This document shows positions 61,015 to 64,000 of a stretch of 64,000 bases of DNA, in pieces (positions within the stretch are counted from its first letter, which is position 1; each line of letters starts with the position of its first letter). The notes beneath the pieces were generated by a model, which was given only the letters and a program-made list of their open reading frames with translations, was not told where the DNA came from and ran no database searches. A program made the translations under genes and the position numbers. Origin of the DNA: an uncultured Thiopseudomonas sp. (GTDB lineage Bacteria; Pseudomonadota; Gammaproteobacteria; Pseudomonadales; Pseudomonadaceae); NCBI GenBank assembly GCA_964516465.1, contig CAZEZR010000002.1, positions 3,327-67,326 of the forward strand. The letters are read 5' to 3'.

Positions 61015-61557
61015 CTAGCCGCGGATAAAGTGTTTGCGGTAGTACTGCAGCTCAGCAATTGAGTCTTGAATATCTGCTAAAGCTAAATGCACCTCGCCCT
61101 TCTTAAAGCCATCACGGATTTCTGGCGCCCAACGTGCGGCCAACTCTTTAATCGTCGATACGTCCAGATTGCGGTAGTGGAAATAAGCTTCCAGCTTGGG
61201 CATATGACGGTATAAAAAACGCCGATCCTGACAAATACTGTTACCGCAAATGGGTGAAGCATTGGCTGGCACCCACTTTTCTAAAAAAGCCAATGTCTGT
61301 GCTTCAGCTTCAGCCTCAGTAATACGGCTCTCGCGCACCCGCTGGGTTAAACCGCTGCCACCGTGCTGCCGGGTATTCCACTCATCCATACCGGCCAACA
61401 CCTCATCCGACTGATGAATCGCCAGCACTGGGCCTTCTGCCAGAATATTGAGCTGGCTATCAGTAACAATGGTAGCCATTTCAATGATCAGGTCATTATC
61501 GGTATCCAGCCCGGTCATTTCCAGGTCGATCCAAATTAAATTTTGTTCACTGTACAT
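61015..61557 (-). CDS. orn: Oligoribonuclease
   Basis: [43 protein letters not shown]. Confidence 0.97.
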   Translation of the reverse strand: MYSEQNLIWIDLEMTGLDTDNDLIIEMATIVTDSQLNILAEGPVLAIHQSDEVLAGMDEWNTRQHGGSGLTQRVRESRITEAEAEAQTLAFLEKWVPANASPICGNSICQDRRFLYRHMPKLEAYFHYRNLDVSTIKELAARWAPEIRDGFKKGEVHLALADIQDSIAELQYYRKHFIRG

Positions 61558-61605
61558 GGCTCACCTCAAAGTTATAAAGCGTATAGGTGTAAGAAAACGC
61601 AGCCG

Positions 61606-62661
61606 TTAAATGCTGCGTTTTAAGACATCAATTAATATTTGATTTTGCTCTTCGGTGCCGATGGTGATGCGCAGGAACTGGTCAATGCGCGCTTGCTTAA
61701 AGTGGCGCACTAAGACTCCTTGCTCACGCAGTTGCGCAGCTAACTCTGCACCCTCCCGCTCAACGTGACGGGCAAAAACAAAGTTAGCGGCAGAGGGCAA
61801 CACTTCGAAACCCAAGCCCATCAACTCTTCTATCACCCATTCACGACTGGCAATAACTTTATTGCGGGTGCTGTGGAAGTATTCGGCATCAGCAAAAGCT
61901 GCCGCGGCACCAGCAATGGCAGCCCGATCCAGTGGGTAGGAGTTAAAGCTATTTTTAATTCGCTCCAAGCCTTCAGTGAGATCTGGATGGCCCACTGCAA
62001 TTCCCACACGTAAACCTGCTAGGGCACGTGATTTTGATAAGGTTTGCGTCACCAGTAGATTGTCGTATTTTTTAACCAGACTGATTGCCGATTCGCCGCC
62101 AAAGTCAATATAGGCTTCATCCACCAACACCACTGAATCAGGGTTGGCCTGTAAGATCTGCTCAATTTTATCCAGTTCTAATAAACAACCGGTTGGTGCA
62201 TTGGGATTGGGGAAAATAATCCCACCATTGGGCTGCTGGTAGTCGGCAACGCAAATTTGGAAGTCGTCATCTAAGGCTACAGGTTTTTGCTCAATACCAT
62301 ATAAGCCGCAATAGACTGGATAAAAGCTGTAACTGATATCGGGGAATAACAACGGCTTACCGTGCTGAAAGAGACCATGAAAGGCATGTGCCAATACTTC
62401 ATCGGAGCCATTACCGACAAATACATACTGCGGCCCCACAGAATAGTAGTCCGCCACAGCTTGCTTGAGCAGATCACAGTTAGGGTCCGGGTATAAACGC
62501 AGATTATCATTGATCTGCGCTTGCATCGCGGCCAGTGCTTTAGGCGATGGCCCATAAGGGTTCTCATTGGTATTTAGCTTAATTAAGCGCTCAATCTTCG
62601 GCTGCTCACCTGGTACATAAGGTACCAAGTCCTTAACAAATGGACTCCAAAACTTACTCAC
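61606..62661 (-). CDS. hisC: Histidinol-phosphate aminotransferase
   Basis: [40 protein letters not shown]; follows hisD. Confidence 0.96.
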   Translation of the reverse strand: MSKFWSPFVKDLVPYVPGEQPKIERLIKLNTNENPYGPSPKALAAMQAQINDNLRLYPDPNCDLLKQAVADYYSVGPQYVFVGNGSDEVLAHAFHGLFQHGKPLLFPDISYSFYPVYCGLYGIEQKPVALDDDFQICVADYQQPNGGIIFPNPNAPTGCLLELDKIEQILQANPDSVVLVDEAYIDFGGESAISLVKKYDNLLVTQTLSKSRALAGLRVGIAVGHPDLTEGLERIKNSFNSYPLDRAAIAGAAAAFADAEYFHSTRNKVIASREWVIEELMGLGFEVLPSAANFVFARHVEREGAELAAQLREQGVLVRHFKQARIDQFLRITIGTEEQNQILIDVLKRSI

Positions 62662-62751
62662 GCTGTGCGCTCCTTATTTGAACAATCGTCACGCCTCGCG
62701 CAACGATTTTAATGCTCCACAATCGCCATATCCGGCAATTATTCTAACGTT

Positions 62752-64000
62752 CTAATCCGCTTTGATGCGGTACTCAGCTGAACGCGCATGGGCGGTTAGT
62801 GACTCTCCGCGGGCCAATACTGATGCGGTTTTACCCAACTCAGATGCACCTGCGGGGCTGCAGTAAATAATCGATGAGCGCTTTTGGAAATCATACACCC
62901 CCAGCGGTGATGAAAAGCGTGCTGTGCCTGAGGTGGGTAACACATGGTTGGGGCCTGCACAGTAATCACCTAAGGCTTCTGCAGTGTAGCGCCCCATAAA
63001 GATAGCACCCGCATGGCGGATCTGCGGTAAGAGCTCTTCTGGATTGTCTACGGACAACTCTAAGTGTTCCGGGGCAATGCGGTTAGCTACTTCAACAGCC
63101 TGAGCCATATCTGCCACCTGAATCAAGGCTCCACGCTCACGCAACGAGGTGCGGATAATCTCTGCACGCTCTAAAGTGGGCAATAAACGCTGGATGCTGG
63201 CTTCAACCCGATCTAAAAAATCCGCATCGGGGCTGAGTAAAATCGATTGCGCATCTTCATCATGCTCGGCTTGGGAAAACAGATCCATGGCAATCCAGTC
63301 TGGATCGGTTTTACCATCACAAATCACTAGGATCTCTGACGGGCCGGCAATCATATCAATGCCAACTTTGCCGAACACATGACGCTTGGCAGTGGCCACA
63401 TAGATATTGCCGGGACCGACAATTTTATCCACTGGCGGCACACTTTCGGTACCGTACGCCAGTGCCGCAACTGCTTGTGCGCCACCGATGGTAAACACTC
63501 GGTCAACCCCAGCGATGGCTGCGGCGGCCAGTACTAATTCATTAATTTCACCGCGCGGGGTGGGCACCACCATCACCACCTCAAGCACACCAGCGACTTT
63601 CGCCGGAATCGCATTCATTAACACTGACGATGGATAGGATGCTTTACCACCCGGTACATACAGGCCAGCACGGTCCAGTGGCGTGACTTGTTGGCCCAAC
63701 ACAGTGCCATCGGCTTCGGTATAGCGCCACGACTCTTGCACTTGTTTTTCGTGGTAACTGCGCACCCGTTGGGCAGCCACCTCAAGGGCGTGGCGCTGCT
63801 CAGCAGTGATGCGCGTTAGGGCCAACTCAAGGCGTTCACGGGGCAGAATCAAATCACTCATCTGCGCCACATTTAAGTCATCAAACTGGCGAGTGTAATC
63901 AATTAACGCGGCATCACCGCGGCTGCGTACATTGGCAATGATATCCAGGACGCGCTGGTTAATCTCAGCATCCGAAACACTTTCCCAGCTTAACAGTTGA
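62752..64000 (-). CDS. hisD: Histidinol dehydrogenase (5' end lies beyond the window)
   Basis: [48 protein letters not shown]; frame stays open to the window edge ([10 protein letters not shown]...). Confidence 0.97.
   Translation of the reverse strand, partial: QLLSWESVSDAEINQRVLDIIANVRSRGDAALIDYTRQFDDLNVAQMSDLILPRERLELALTRITAEQRHALEVAAQRVRSYHEKQVQESWRYTEADGTVLGQQVTPLDRAGLYVPGGKASYPSSVLMNAIPAKVAGVLEVVMVVPTPRGEINELVLAAAAIAGVDRVFTIGGAQAVAALAYGTESVPPVDKIVGPGNIYVATAKRHVFGKVGIDMIAGPSEILVICDGKTDPDWIAMDLFSQAEHDEDAQSILLSPDADFLDRVEASIQRLLPTLERAEIIRTSLRERGALIQVADMAQAVEVANRIAPEHLELSVDNPEELLPQIRHAGAIFMGRYTAEALGDYCAGPNHVLPTSGTARFSSPLGVYDFQKRSSIIYCSPAGASELGKTASVLARGESLTAHARSAEYRIKAD

Noticed and set aside
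461-63637. Many antisense or overlapping ORFs in the track (e.g. 1162-1704, 22982-23569, 44814-45350, 48602-49207, 52200-52733)
   Set aside because: Shadows of well-supported genes on the other strand or frame, with no motifs or RBS.
1-64000. CRISPR array, rRNA, tRNA, prophage or intact IS
   Set aside because: No regularly spaced direct repeats, no cloverleaf or rRNA signatures, and no phage structural genes or full transposase seen by eye.

Overview
Chromosomal window of a moderate-GC gammaproteobacterium. The core block at the right end (metE/metR, dgkA-erdR, orn, hisC, hisD) is Pseudomonadaceae-like; that assignment is inferred from protein sequence and gene pairing. The left ~56 kb is a patchwork of mostly stand-alone accessory stress, metabolic and transport genes: second ftsH, HPF-CSD fusion, DksA/TraR, RtcB, a sigma-54 two-component system facing a DUF4168 gene, tandem ycgN-like genes, two TRAP systems, a BCCT carrier, Dps and an orphan encapsulin-type ferritin. 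The main unannotated signal is a decayed (fossil) integron. A frameshifted IntI remnant lies at ~55.9-56.2 kb, a possible 5' intI/LexA-box remnant lies at ~53.3 kb, and at least five degenerate attC-like sites, all oriented for minus-strand cassettes, flank intact genes (dps, a cupin, a threonine-dehydratase-like enzyme). Also seen: an IS481-like transposase scar, a lone IS3-like end and a 56-aa gene missed by the ORF track. Family assignments come from motif recognition, not from database searches.
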